DNA from: Patescibacteria group bacterium
GTDB taxonomy: Bacteria; Patescibacteriota; Minisyncoccia; Phycocordibacterales; JACOZG01
Reading direction: 5' to 3'
DNA: 51,162 nt
Assembly: GCA_034658935.1 (NCBI GenBank)
Contig: JAYEGE010000002.1
Span: forward strand, 1 to 51,162
The translations under genes and the position numbers were made by a program. Position 1 is the first letter of the stretch; each line of letters opens with the position of its first letter. Under the pieces are notes generated by a model. The model did not search any database and was not told the DNA's origin. It worked only from the letters and a program-made list of their open reading frames with translations. Shown piece by piece: positions 35,248 through 44,633 of this stretch.

Positions 35248-37638
35248 TCATTGAAATAATTGTTTTAATGAACCCCATACCTCTGTCTTTTTAAAGATAG
35301 CATTTAGATAATCTTCATCTATCTCCCCGCTTATGTTAATCGGTAAGAATATCTTTAATTGATCAACTTTATTTTCATAGCATTTTCTGCCGTAAGAAAA
35401 ACGCCATTTTAGACTATTTATCTGTGTAACAAAGAATAGTAAGGTCGAAAATTTATATTCTCTTAGTGGCTTACATAAGAGTACGTTGTCTTTTGCTGTA
35501 AATTGATAATAATGATAAAAACTTGTTAGGGGTGCCCCGTCTGAAGCTATTGTTATTGCATTTTGTAGTATGTGTTTCTTATTTTCTATATTATAAAATC
35601 CTTCAAAACCACAATCAACACTGACACAAGATACTAAAGGAATTTTTCCCTCATCTAACTCACTACTTTTGTGATAGTTACCTGTCTTAATTGGTGCCTC
35701 AAACAAGTCTGTTAATAAGAATTCTTTCCATTGGACATTCTCATCATAAGCTGAATTTGAAAAAAACTTTTTTTCTTTTTCTATAACGTTCTTTTTAAAT
35801 TCGTTGAGTCTGTTGTATTTTATCATTGAAGAGATGAAATTTCTCATTTCAATATCAATTCTCTTATACAAAACATCATCACTTGGTTTTTTTTCATCTA
35901 GGTAGACTTGCGGTAACAATTCAAGATTTTTATCTTGGAAATCAATCTTTTCAGTTTTTATAAATTCCTCAATATTTCTGATTTTCATTGAGGGATCTTT
36001 TATAAAATCCTTTACTATATCAGCGATTTCATTTAACTGGTTTGGCTCTTTTTTGTTAGATATTCTTTTTCCTTTAACCTTTAAAAAGCCGTCTTTATCA
36101 ACTTTTACCCATAAGACATTTTGGTTATGGTTGTGAGAAACTCCTTTTTTTATATAAAAACCTAATGTATGAGTGCCAACAGGATAAAATAAGTCCATTG
36201 GAAATGTAACAACCGACAAGAGTGTGTTTTTCTTCAACATCTCAGTTCTCCATTGAATAAATTTTGCTTGTTTTACTAACGCCCCAACAGGAAGGACACA
36301 AAATAGGATACCCCCGTCCTGCATTTGGTTTAACGCTTGTTCAATAAATTCAAATTCTTTTTTTTCCTGACTAAAAGGAGGATTTATCATCACCTTTGTT
36401 ATTGGTCGTATTCTATCTTCTTCATTTTTATCAAGATATTCCGCTTTGATATCTCCACTTTCTGTTCTTGATACAGCAAGCCATTTATTAAAACAATTCC
36501 CTTCGATCATGTTTGTTTTTCCATCACCTCTAAAAATCATATTCACAATGGCGAGAGAAATAATCGGATCTTGTTCTTCTATCCCATAGATGCCATTCTG
36601 TTTAAAGTTTTCAAATTCTTTTTTATCTTTTGTCTTTCTTTTAACTTCATCATAAGCAGATACAAGAAATCCGCCTGTTCCACAGGCCAGATCTAAAACT
36701 AAATCATGTGCGTCAATGTCTAATGTATATGATGCAAACCTTGTTATATGTCGTGGGGTTAACACAATACCGATTTCTTTTGCACCGTTTCCGTATTTCA
36801 AAAATACTTCATAAAATTCTCCTAAAACATCTCTACCAGAGTTCATTGCTGATCGGATATTCAAATCAAGCAACTTTTGATAAGTCCTTTTTATGGCGTC
36901 TTTTACTTTTACATGGTTATCCTCACTTGAAGGCTCATCTATTCTTATAAATTTTGCAAAATCTTGTTTTTTATGATTTCGTAAAATCAGTTCAACTTTT
37001 TTATTTACGTTATTTATTAAAACAAGGGCGTTTTCATTTAGATTCAAATTTTCACCCGTGGTCATTGATAAAAGTATTGCTGACATGAATCTAGCACGAT
37101 AATCTTTGTTTATTGAGTTTTCATGTAAAATCTTGTTGACTTCAATTGCTGTTTTTAAAAATTCATCTTCAGAAATCTCAATGTCTTCGATAAGGGCAGA
37201 CTTATTTTTTAAAATAGTATCTATTTGTTGTAAAGATAAAATGCTTGTTATTTCAACATCATTTTCTTTAATTAGATCCCAATTACTACCATTAAAATAG
37301 TAACTTTTAGAGATATACCCCTCATCTTCATTCCCCGCAACACCAGTAACAAAAAGGACTTTAATTTTTTTACTCTGGTTTATTTTTTTTGCGTATTGAT
37401 TTTTTGCCTCGTCGATAGCTATTTCTATTTTTGATTTTTCATTTTTACCCTCAATTACATAGAAGATTTCTTCTTTTACTTTTATTACGTTTTCAGGTCT
37501 ATCTAAGACTAGATATTTTTTTACTTCTTCTATAGTTAAACATTCCTGTTGAGTATAAACATTTTTTTTATCCCAACCCTTTTTTAGGATCTCATCTAAG
37601 ATATATTTATAACATGCAACTTCTGATTTCTTTATCAT
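35248..37638 (-). CDS. Single-chain restriction-modification enzyme (nuclease + N6-adenine MTase + TRD; type IIG/IIB-like)
   Basis: N-terminal PENV...IEGK nuclease-like motif, LDLACGTGGFL, NPPF, C-terminal HsdS-like TRD; visibly AT-rich. Confidence 0.88.
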   Translation of the reverse strand: MIKKSEVACYKYILDEILKKGWDKKNVYTQQECLTIEEVKKYLVLDRPENVIKVKEEIFYVIEGKNEKSKIEIAIDEAKNQYAKKINQSKKIKVLFVTGVAGNEDEGYISKSYYFNGSNWDLIKENDVEITSILSLQQIDTILKNKSALIEDIEISEDEFLKTAIEVNKILHENSINKDYRARFMSAILLSMTTGENLNLNENALVLINNVNKKVELILRNHKKQDFAKFIRIDEPSSEDNHVKVKDAIKRTYQKLLDLNIRSAMNSGRDVLGEFYEVFLKYGNGAKEIGIVLTPRHITRFASYTLDIDAHDLVLDLACGTGGFLVSAYDEVKRKTKDKKEFENFKQNGIYGIEEQDPIISLAIVNMIFRGDGKTNMIEGNCFNKWLAVSRTESGDIKAEYLDKNEEDRIRPITKVMINPPFSQEKKEFEFIEQALNQMQDGGILFCVLPVGALVKQAKFIQWRTEMLKKNTLLSVVTFPMDLFYPVGTHTLGFYIKKGVSHNHNQNVLWVKVDKDGFLKVKGKRISNKKEPNQLNEIADIVKDFIKDPSMKIRNIEEFIKTEKIDFQDKNLELLPQVYLDEKKPSDDVLYKRIDIEMRNFISSMIKYNRLNEFKKNVIEKEKKFFSNSAYDENVQWKEFLLTDLFEAPIKTGNYHKSSELDEGKIPLVSCVSVDCGFEGFYNIENKKHILQNAITIASDGAPLTSFYHYYQFTAKDNVLLCKPLREYKFSTLLFFVTQINSLKWRFSYGRKCYENKVDQLKIFLPINISGEIDEDYLNAIFKKTEVWGSLKQLFQ

Positions 37639-37717
37639 TTACTAATCATAACAGGTACATAAAAAAACAAAAGTCGTTGAAAATCAAAAAGTGTTGATAA
37701 CTTATTCTATCTATTGA

Positions 37718-38902
37718 TTATGTAATAATGGTATACACGCCGATAACTCCCCCACCCAGCATTTTTTGCTTATCGTAGATAACACAGGACTGACCCAAGG
37801 CCAAAGCTGGAGGCGGCTTGAGAAATTCCACTTTATCACCATCGACTCGGCACTCATAAAGTTCCCCATGATAGCGAACCTGCGCCTGGTAAGTTTTACC
37901 ACTGTCCGGTGACGCACCAGAGATCCAGTTGATATTTGTGAGTGTGGCCCACTTGGACATTGAATGTCCAAGTGACTCATTCTGACTTGGACATTCAATG
38001 TCCAAGTTGCCGTCCAAATTATGGGCAACCACTAATTGGTTCTTTTTGATATCCTTGGCAACTACATAATATGGTTTGTCGCCTGACGTCTTCTTGGTGA
38101 TAGTAAAACCGTGGCGTTCACCAATAGTACAAAAGACAGCCCCATCATGTCGGCCGATTATTCCCCCCTTCTCATTTAATACTTGCCCGCGTTTCTCTGG
38201 GATAAACTTTTTCAAAAAATCCTTCACTGATAATTGACCGATGAAGCACAGACCCTGACTATCTTTCTTCTCAGCGTTCGGCAGGCCAAATTTCCTGGCT
38301 AATTTTCGCACCGCCTCTTTTTTGTATTTACCAATGGGGAACAAGCAATGCTCGAGCTCGGCTTGAGTGAGAATCCAAAGGAAATAAGATTGATCCTTGG
38401 CTGGGTCTTTACCTCGCAATAACTTGAACTTGGACATTGAATGTCCAAGTGACTCATTCTGACTTGGACATTCAATGTCCAAGTTATTCGAACGGGCATA
38501 ATGTCCCGTCGCCATCCGCCAGTCGGCGGACCCCGCTCGCTTCATCGCCCAATCGAAAAAGGCGCCAAACTTAATCTCTTGATTGCACATCACGTCAGGG
38601 TTGGGTGTCCGGCCGGCCCTATATTCACCCACCATATAATCCACCACTTCGTCTTTGTATTCTTTAGATAGATCAATGGTTAGTAATGGGATATCTAGAT
38701 GGGCCGCCGCCCGCATCGCCTCTCGGCGTTCTTCACGCCAGGTGCATTCTATTCCCCACTCCTCATTGAAATCAGTTATCTTTATGAAAACGCCCACCAC
38801 CTCATGGCCTTCTCCCCGCAACAAAGCTGCCGCGACAGAAGAATCAACTCCTCCGGACATGCCTACATAAACCTTTTTCTTTTTTCCAGGCCGCTTCTTC
38901 AT
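37718..38902 (-). CDS. mnmA: tRNA-specific 2-thiouridylase with two 19-aa palindrome-derived inserts
   Basis: GMSGGVDSSVAA, PNPDVMCN, ATGHYAR, KDQSYFL, DSQGLCFIG, ALGQSCVIY; ATG 38902. Confidence 0.96.
   Translation of the reverse strand: MKKRPGKKKKVYVGMSGGVDSSVAAALLRGEGHEVVGVFIKITDFNEEWGIECTWREERREAMRAAAHLDIPLLTIDLSKEYKDEVVDYMVGEYRAGRTPNPDVMCNQEIKFGAFFDWAMKRAGSADWRMATGHYARSNNLDIECPSQNESLGHSMSKFKLLRGKDPAKDQSYFLWILTQAELEHCLFPIGKYKKEAVRKLARKFGLPNAEKKDSQGLCFIGQLSVKDFLKKFIPEKRGQVLNEKGGIIGRHDGAVFCTIGERHGFTITKKTSGDKPYYVVAKDIKKNQLVVAHNLDGNLDIECPSQNESLGHSMSKWATLTNINWISGASPDSGKTYQAQVRYHGELYECRVDGDKVEFLKPPPALALGQSCVIYDKQKMLGGGVIGVYTIIT
37951..38008. repeat. 58-nt double-palindrome insert in mnmA, copy 1
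   Basis: acttggacattgaatgtccaagtgactcattctgacttggacattcaatgtccaagtt. Confidence 0.95.
38428..38485. repeat. 58-nt double-palindrome insert in mnmA, copy 2 (identical)
   Basis: Same 58 nt; both copies encode NLDIECPSQNESLGHSMSK. Confidence 0.95.
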
Positions 38903-38958
38903 TCCTTTCAATTTAGCTTTTTGACGCGAGTGAGGCAAATCAGTATCATAAGGAAACT

Positions 38959-39723
38959 GTGATTTGGATATATACCCTAACGAGTGTGATAGTAGTTAGT
39001 TTGATTTCCTTAGTTGGAGTCCTATTCCTGTTATTAAAAGAGAGTCGGCTACAGAAATATTTGAGCATCTTGGTGGCCCTAGCCACCGGGGCTCTTTTCG
39101 GCGATGCTCTCCTGCACCTTTTGCCAGAAATTTTTTCGGAGGCAGAGAATACTCTTCTGCCTTCAATCTTGGTTCTCGGTGGGATACTGCTCTTCTTCGT
39201 CTTAGAGAAATTCCTTCGCTGGTCACATTCCCACGAACTTACGGCTTGTGATTGCCCGCCAGAAGGACATAAAACTGTTAAAACAGTCGGTCAATTATCC
39301 CTAGTCTCTGATGGCTTCCACAATCTCCTAGACGGAGTAATCATTGCCGCCAGCTACCTAGTCAGTCCTCCTATCGGTATCGCCACCACCATTGCCGTAA
39401 TCCTCCACGAAATTCCCCAAGAAATCGGAGACTTCGCCATCCTTATCCATTCCGGCTTTAGCAAGGCACGGGCCCTCCTCTTTAATCTCTTCTCAGGTTC
39501 TTTAGCAATTCTTGGCGCTGTTGTTACACTTCTTATCGGTGTTTGGGCAGATAATTTAACTACCATTTTGCTTCCCATTGCCGCCGGTGGCTTTCTCTAT
39601 CTGGCTGGCTCCGACTTAGTGCCAGAACTCCATAAAACCACCGGTTTCAAAAAATCTATTTTTCAATTAATTGCCTTCCTCATCGGCATCGCCGCCATGC
39701 TCCTGCTACTTTTCCTAGAATAA
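38959..39723 (+). CDS. ZIP-family divalent metal transporter
   Basis: SDGFHNLLDG, LHEIPQEIGDF, His-containing loop, AAGGFLYLAGSDLVPEL. Confidence 0.93.
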   Translation: MIWIYTLTSVIVVSLISLVGVLFLLLKESRLQKYLSILVALATGALFGDALLHLLPEIFSEAENTLLPSILVLGGILLFFVLEKFLRWSHSHELTACDCPPEGHKTVKTVGQLSLVSDGFHNLLDGVIIAASYLVSPPIGIATTIAVILHEIPQEIGDFAILIHSGFSKARALLFNLFSGSLAILGAVVTLLIGVWADNLTTILLPIAAGGFLYLAGSDLVPELHKTTGFKKSIFQLIAFLIGIAAMLLLLFLE

Positions 39724-39731
39724 TCTTAAAC

Positions 39732-39764
39732 AAAAAGCCTCGGTTCGCTGTAGCGAACCGAGGC
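39732..39764 (-). terminator. Intrinsic terminator
   Basis: gcctcggttcgct/agcgaaccgaggc 13-bp stem with an A run on the + side. Confidence 0.75.
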
Positions 39765-39793
39765 ACGTATTCAAACCAGCTGAATCCATAGAA

Positions 39794-40540
39794 TCAGGTC
39801 GTTCGGGCGAAATTCAGACAAACCTGGAGCGCCGCCTTTGTTGCACGACTCTGCCACCATTGCTGCGCCACAGACCTGCAGAGACTGAGAACGGCCGACT
39901 TGACCGGACCCAGTTCTTCTCTGAACCGCGAGTAAGCGGCCTGTGTGGCTGCCCATTCCTCTGTCCTGTTGGCCAGCTCCGCCTTCACACCCGCCAACTC
40001 CTCCCGCACCGACACTTCTGCCTCCTGCTCCTCGGCGGCCTCAACAATCTCTTCGGCCCCAGCAGTGCCGGCAAGATAACAACATAGCAGATTGGCGTCC
40101 GGGACATGCAAAATGGGCTTACCAGCCCGAGTTGCGCGAACTGACACCGAACTATAACGCTGGCCATCGATTTCGACCTCGATATGATCGTCATAGGCTT
40201 GACCGAGCCGACGACTGTCTAGAAGGCACGAGGTCTCTTCGAGATCAATCCGAGGCTGCCCATTCTCCCAGCGGACCTGCAGAAAAAACTGTCGAAAGTT
40301 GGTGTCCCTACGTTTTCCAGGAACCATAACCACCACCGCCACCAAACCAGGACGGCTTTCTTCGGGGTAGATGCAGATCGAGGCCAACTCATTATCACCG
40401 GGCTTGGCGCTAGTTGGGATGCTTGTTCCCAAAAAACGTATCGAGCTCCCAGTGAAATAAGGGCGCAATAGGATCACACCCTTGTCAGAAACCTTGGCAC
40501 GAAAAAAGTTACTCGGCAACATATTTTCCTCCTCAGCCAT
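39794..40540 (-). CDS. Hypothetical protein with C-terminal coiled coil
   Basis: 248-aa ORF followed by a terminator; EAAEEQEAEVSVREELAGVKAELAN heptads. Confidence 0.7.
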   Translation of the reverse strand: MAEEENMLPSNFFRAKVSDKGVILLRPYFTGSSIRFLGTSIPTSAKPGDNELASICIYPEESRPGLVAVVVMVPGKRRDTNFRQFFLQVRWENGQPRIDLEETSCLLDSRRLGQAYDDHIEVEIDGQRYSSVSVRATRAGKPILHVPDANLLCCYLAGTAGAEEIVEAAEEQEAEVSVREELAGVKAELANRTEEWAATQAAYSRFREELGPVKSAVLSLCRSVAQQWWQSRATKAALQVCLNFARTT

Positions 40541-40683
40541 AAGCTGATTTCGAAGAACATTGGTGGGGTGTTATCCACCGCCACCTAGGCATATTTTTCA
40601 ACCCTGCCTTTTTGGGCCGAAGTAGCAATTACTTCATCTCACCCAATTATACACAGACAAGAGAGTTTGTCAAGGCTAACACC

Positions 40684-41238
40684 CTAATCAATCTCCAATA
40701 GTTTTTTATAAATCTCGAAAGTCACTTTGATGTCGGCCAGGGCGGTATGGGCTTTCTCGTTTTTGAGACCGTAATAATCGGCCAGAGCACCCAGATAGAA
40801 ACGTTGGACCAACTCGTCATTATAGAGCTTGGTGAAGGCAATGGTAATCACATCCATCCGATGATGATGCATCTTATTTTCTACCCCAGTCTTTTTGAAA
40901 GCTTTTTCAAGGAAACCCCAATCAAATAAAACATTCTGGGCTACCATATTAGCCCCTGTCGTCTTCTCCCCCACCGCCCTCATCACCTGCTCTAGGTCAG
41001 AAGCAAAGAGCCAATCAGCGTCGTTGTAACCATTCACCCGCAAGGCTTCTGGCTCGGCCGTCTCGATATGCTCAGGCTTAACCTTAAACTCAAACTCGTC
41101 TATTACTTCTACCCTCGGACCCTTACCTGACCGCGGAATCTGCTTAACAATAAGTCCGCCAACTTCAATAATTTCGTGCTTCTCTGGGTCAAGACCAGTA
41201 GTTTCTAAATCAATGAAAGCTAAATTATGCTTTTTCAC
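40684..41238 (-). CDS. DEDDh 3'-5' exonuclease (DnaQ-like)
   Basis: FIDLETTG, AQNVLFD, HTALAD. Confidence 0.92.
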   Translation of the reverse strand: MKKHNLAFIDLETTGLDPEKHEIIEVGGLIVKQIPRSGKGPRVEVIDEFEFKVKPEHIETAEPEALRVNGYNDADWLFASDLEQVMRAVGEKTTGANMVAQNVLFDWGFLEKAFKKTGVENKMHHHRMDVITIAFTKLYNDELVQRFYLGALADYYGLKNEKAHTALADIKVTFEIYKKLLEID

Positions 41239-42218
41239 GGTATGTATATTTTCTTATAATATTTATGTTCTTCGAAATCGCGCGAATAATGCATGTTACC
41301 ATCCATGTCTGACAAATAGAACCAATACGGTGACTCGGTCGGTCGGAGAGCGGCTAAAATAGAACTCATCCCCGGATTGCTAATAGGCCCCGGCGGCAAG
41401 CCTTTATATTTGTAGGTATTATACGGCGAATCAATTTTTAAATCAGCTCGAGTTAATTCAAAGCTATTCTTGCCGATGATATAGGGAAAGACGGCGTCTA
41501 CCTGCAAGAGCATCCCATCCTCAAGCCGCTTCCAAAGAACACCGGAGATCAGAGCTCTATCCTTATCGTTATTAGCCTCCTCTTCTAAGAGTGAAGCCAT
41601 CACTAAAATCTCTTCCAAGCTACGGCCAGAAGAAACCACCTCCTCAGCCAGAGGCTCGGCCACCTGCTGATTAAAATTAGAGACCATCGCCTCATAGACG
41701 CTGGCCTCGCCCACCAAGGCCGAAAAGAAATAAGTGTCTGGGAGCAAATAACCCTCGTCGGTTTCAGCTAGGAGTAAGAACTGGTCAACATCAAAGCGGG
41801 GTAGGTGGCGAGCTAATAACTCAGCGGTCTCTTCTAAATTCAGGCCTTCGGGAATAGTAACTTTGGCTGGATTAATGGAATAAAGGCCATCTTCAACCCG
41901 ACGCACCACCGTCCAAATCCACAACGGCTCTTCAAAGATATAATCGCCCGCCTTCAAATCTTCACTCTTGCCTCCCAAGCGAACCGATAACTCGAAAAAT
42001 GTGCGAGATCGAATGGCGTCGGCCTGGTAAAGTGACTCGCTAATATCTTTCAAAGTCCCCCCGCCGTTTACCAAAACGATCTCATTAGTTGGAAAACTCT
42101 TCGGTGCACTAGCGGCGATTAGGATAAGCAGAGCAATTACGATAATTACTCCGGCAAATTCATAACGCCACCATCTCCCAACATAAGCAAAAATTTGCGG
42201 CCAAACTCGGACAGACAT
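41235..42218 (-). CDS. mltG: Endolytic transglycosylase MltG
   Basis: TIPEG, EGYLLPDTY, ASLLEEEA, LQVDA, SPYNTY...GLPPGPISNPG. Confidence 0.94.
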   Translation of the reverse strand: MSVRVWPQIFAYVGRWWRYEFAGVIIVIALLILIAASAPKSFPTNEIVLVNGGGTLKDISESLYQADAIRSRTFFELSVRLGGKSEDLKAGDYIFEEPLWIWTVVRRVEDGLYSINPAKVTIPEGLNLEETAELLARHLPRFDVDQFLLLAETDEGYLLPDTYFFSALVGEASVYEAMVSNFNQQVAEPLAEEVVSSGRSLEEILVMASLLEEEANNDKDRALISGVLWKRLEDGMLLQVDAVFPYIIGKNSFELTRADLKIDSPYNTYKYKGLPPGPISNPGMSSILAALRPTESPYWFYLSDMDGNMHYSRDFEEHKYYKKIYIP

Positions 42219-42220
42219 GA

Positions 42221-43456
42221 TTAGACAGGGAGATTCTCGGGCGGCACAGCGCGCTTAGACTCAATCTTAGGCAAAGTAGGAGTGCCAGCCACCTGGCCAG
42301 GGAAGTGAAAAATGGTCGCTAACTCCTCGGCGCTTAAAACAAAAGGGGTGCGCTGATACGGTGGGTAAAACCAAGAACGGCGACGATAGGCATCGAAGAA
42401 AATCCTCTTACGGCGAGCTAAGCGCCAACCGAAAGGGTCTTGCCATGGATAATTAAAAGCTGTTTTGAAAGCGGCCTTAAAACCATTCGACCCCGCTGAA
42501 GCATACTGCTTAAAAGCGCCAAGAAGACCAACGATATTGAGAGGAGTGAAGACGTCTCTTCGATAGAGATACATACCTCGGATACCACAATCAAAACCGA
42601 GCTTGCCCAAATTACGCTCTGCATTCTCGACCCCCTTACGCTCCCCGGGCGAAAGCATCAATTCGCCAAAATTAGCTTTCTCGTCATCACCACCTTTTTT
42701 ATCTCGTTTCATTAATTCATCGACCTTCCGCTTACCCTGGGCCGTCCAACCTTCTTTGCTAAAGACTTTACCTTCCTTCTTATACCTATCCTTAGCCGCC
42801 ATCGCCAAAATTTGAATCCAAACTTGTTGGTTGGCTCCCACGGTCCCCAAGTACTCGATCATGGCAGTCATTGGATCAACCTTGTTCTCTTCCTCAACAA
42901 TCTTGTCCATCCCATAATCAATATAGGTCTTGATCGGCAAAACATCCTCTTTGGCCAATTTATAGTCGGTTGCCCAAAGATCCCAATCCGAGCCGGGGAG
43001 ACCAAAAGATATATTGTCGACATAATCATCGACTTCGAAAATTTCTATACCGGGATATTGAGCGTAGAGTTGAGACTCTATTAGATTCTTGAAAAACTTA
43101 TCAGTCCTTACGTAAAAATGTATGTCCCCCGAGAAGGAGGCGATCTCTAAAGAGAACCAGGTCCTAGTCTCGCCCTTCACCCAGCCATCAATCAAAAGAT
43201 TGCCGTGATCACGAGTTTGATAGAAAACGCCCATAGCCAATTCCATCGCCTGGGGCGTCTTATCGATCTGCTTTGGTAATTTAATCTCTAAGAGGACCCA
43301 CGGCTTGTCACGCAAGAAGCGGGCCCGAATATATCGGAACCACATAACGATCGCCAAGTAAATGACGACAATCGGTGCCCAAAGAGGAGCCCAGCGAATA
43401 GCCACATCCCAGACCTGGGCCAGCAATGGAAACAAAATAGTAGTGAGGCTAGTCAC
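42221..43456 (-). CDS. Conserved CPR-type N-terminally anchored hypothetical protein
   Basis: N-terminal TM, WVLLEIKLP, FSLEIAS, YAQYP, SAEELATIFHFP. Confidence 0.75.
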   Translation of the reverse strand: MTSLTTILFPLLAQVWDVAIRWAPLWAPIVVIYLAIVMWFRYIRARFLRDKPWVLLEIKLPKQIDKTPQAMELAMGVFYQTRDHGNLLIDGWVKGETRTWFSLEIASFSGDIHFYVRTDKFFKNLIESQLYAQYPGIEIFEVDDYVDNISFGLPGSDWDLWATDYKLAKEDVLPIKTYIDYGMDKIVEEENKVDPMTAMIEYLGTVGANQQVWIQILAMAAKDRYKKEGKVFSKEGWTAQGKRKVDELMKRDKKGGDDEKANFGELMLSPGERKGVENAERNLGKLGFDCGIRGMYLYRRDVFTPLNIVGLLGAFKQYASAGSNGFKAAFKTAFNYPWQDPFGWRLARRKRIFFDAYRRRSWFYPPYQRTPFVLSAEELATIFHFPGQVAGTPTLPKIESKRAVPPENLPV

Positions 43457-43490
43457 TACTATATTTTAACACAAAGAAAGAGAATAAGTT

Positions 43491-44561
43491 TTAAGCAATG
43501 GAGAAGAGACCTTCTGGGCTCTCACTGAAGTGGCGGGGGTTCTTGAGGTTGACCATGATGGTATTGGGCTTAACGTAGCGCTCCTTAAGCACCTTGGCAA
43601 TAATATCCTCCTTAGAAAGTGGGCCGTGGCGACGGAGTATCTCCCGAACAACGTCTCGAACTACCCCCTTAGTATATCCCCAATCAGCCAGGGCATAGAT
43701 CCCCCGACCAACCAAAACAAAGCGATCGTCTTTAATAAGTTCGTTATGGCTGGTAGCCGGATTAGCTCGGCGACCAAATTGGTCGCTAATAGCTTGAGCC
43801 ACTTCTGTGAAATGCATCGGCGAACCATGCTGGCGCATGATGAGGAAAGCGTAGTCGCGAATTCCGCGGACCTTAACGCTTGGCGAGTTAGCTAGACCCC
43901 ATTCCCCTACCGGACTTACACCGACACCCTTAGACAAATGCAACCAGCGCAGACCATGGAGTCGAGTTTCAGTTTCGCTAAGAGAATCGTGTAAATTTTT
44001 TGCTAATTGTTCTAAAATGTCTTCCTCAATTAGAAGATCATTGATCGACAGCTTGCGACCAAGATTCTTTAGAGATTGGTGAACGGCATCGGCAGTGGAC
44101 ATATCAGTAGTCCAACGCTTATGGAAATAATCGTCCTCACGCAATTTGATGAAAGCATCTCCTAAGACGAGTAGAAAGTGGATATTATTCCGAGTAACCT
44201 GGTCACCACTTAGAGAAGCGAGAAACTCTTGCTCATGGACAATGCCACCATAGTCTTCCATGGCGGCCTCCAACTCATCAAGTTCAGCAATGGCAACCTC
44301 AAAAGTATCGCTCTTCTTTATTGTTTTAATAGTAAAATCTTCGATCTGGCGGACGCGCTCACGCGTAATACCGTAACCCTGGCCTACCGCCTCGAGAGTC
44401 ATCGTATCTTTGGAATCTAGACCGAAACGCTTTTTAATAATTTGGCGCGAACGAGGAGCTAACCCCTCCATTAGGCCAGTTACCACTTTCTTGGGATTAA
44501 AAGATAGGGACATCGAGTCCTTGTTTTTCCCCTTAGTTTTAGCTGTTTTTTCCTTTGCCAT
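43491..44561 (-). CDS. Sigma-70 region-4 HTH protein with C-terminal winged-HTH domains
   Basis: RRFGL...TLEAVGQGYGITRERVRQIE, PMHFTEVA, HNELIKDDRFVLVGRGIYAL. Confidence 0.8.
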   Translation of the reverse strand: MAKEKTAKTKGKNKDSMSLSFNPKKVVTGLMEGLAPRSRQIIKKRFGLDSKDTMTLEAVGQGYGITRERVRQIEDFTIKTIKKSDTFEVAIAELDELEAAMEDYGGIVHEQEFLASLSGDQVTRNNIHFLLVLGDAFIKLREDDYFHKRWTTDMSTADAVHQSLKNLGRKLSINDLLIEEDILEQLAKNLHDSLSETETRLHGLRWLHLSKGVGVSPVGEWGLANSPSVKVRGIRDYAFLIMRQHGSPMHFTEVAQAISDQFGRRANPATSHNELIKDDRFVLVGRGIYALADWGYTKGVVRDVVREILRRHGPLSKEDIIAKVLKERYVKPNTIMVNLKNPRHFSESPEGLFSIA

Positions 44562-44633
44562 GTCGATATTAATAATATTGGTTACTGCGTATAAATCATT
44601 ACTATCATATTTATAACATATTGTCTAGTAAGG

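Noticed and set aside
37951-38485. CRISPR array suggested by identical palindromic repeats
   Set aside because: Only two copies, 477 nt apart, in frame within mnmA; no spacer periodicity and no cas genes
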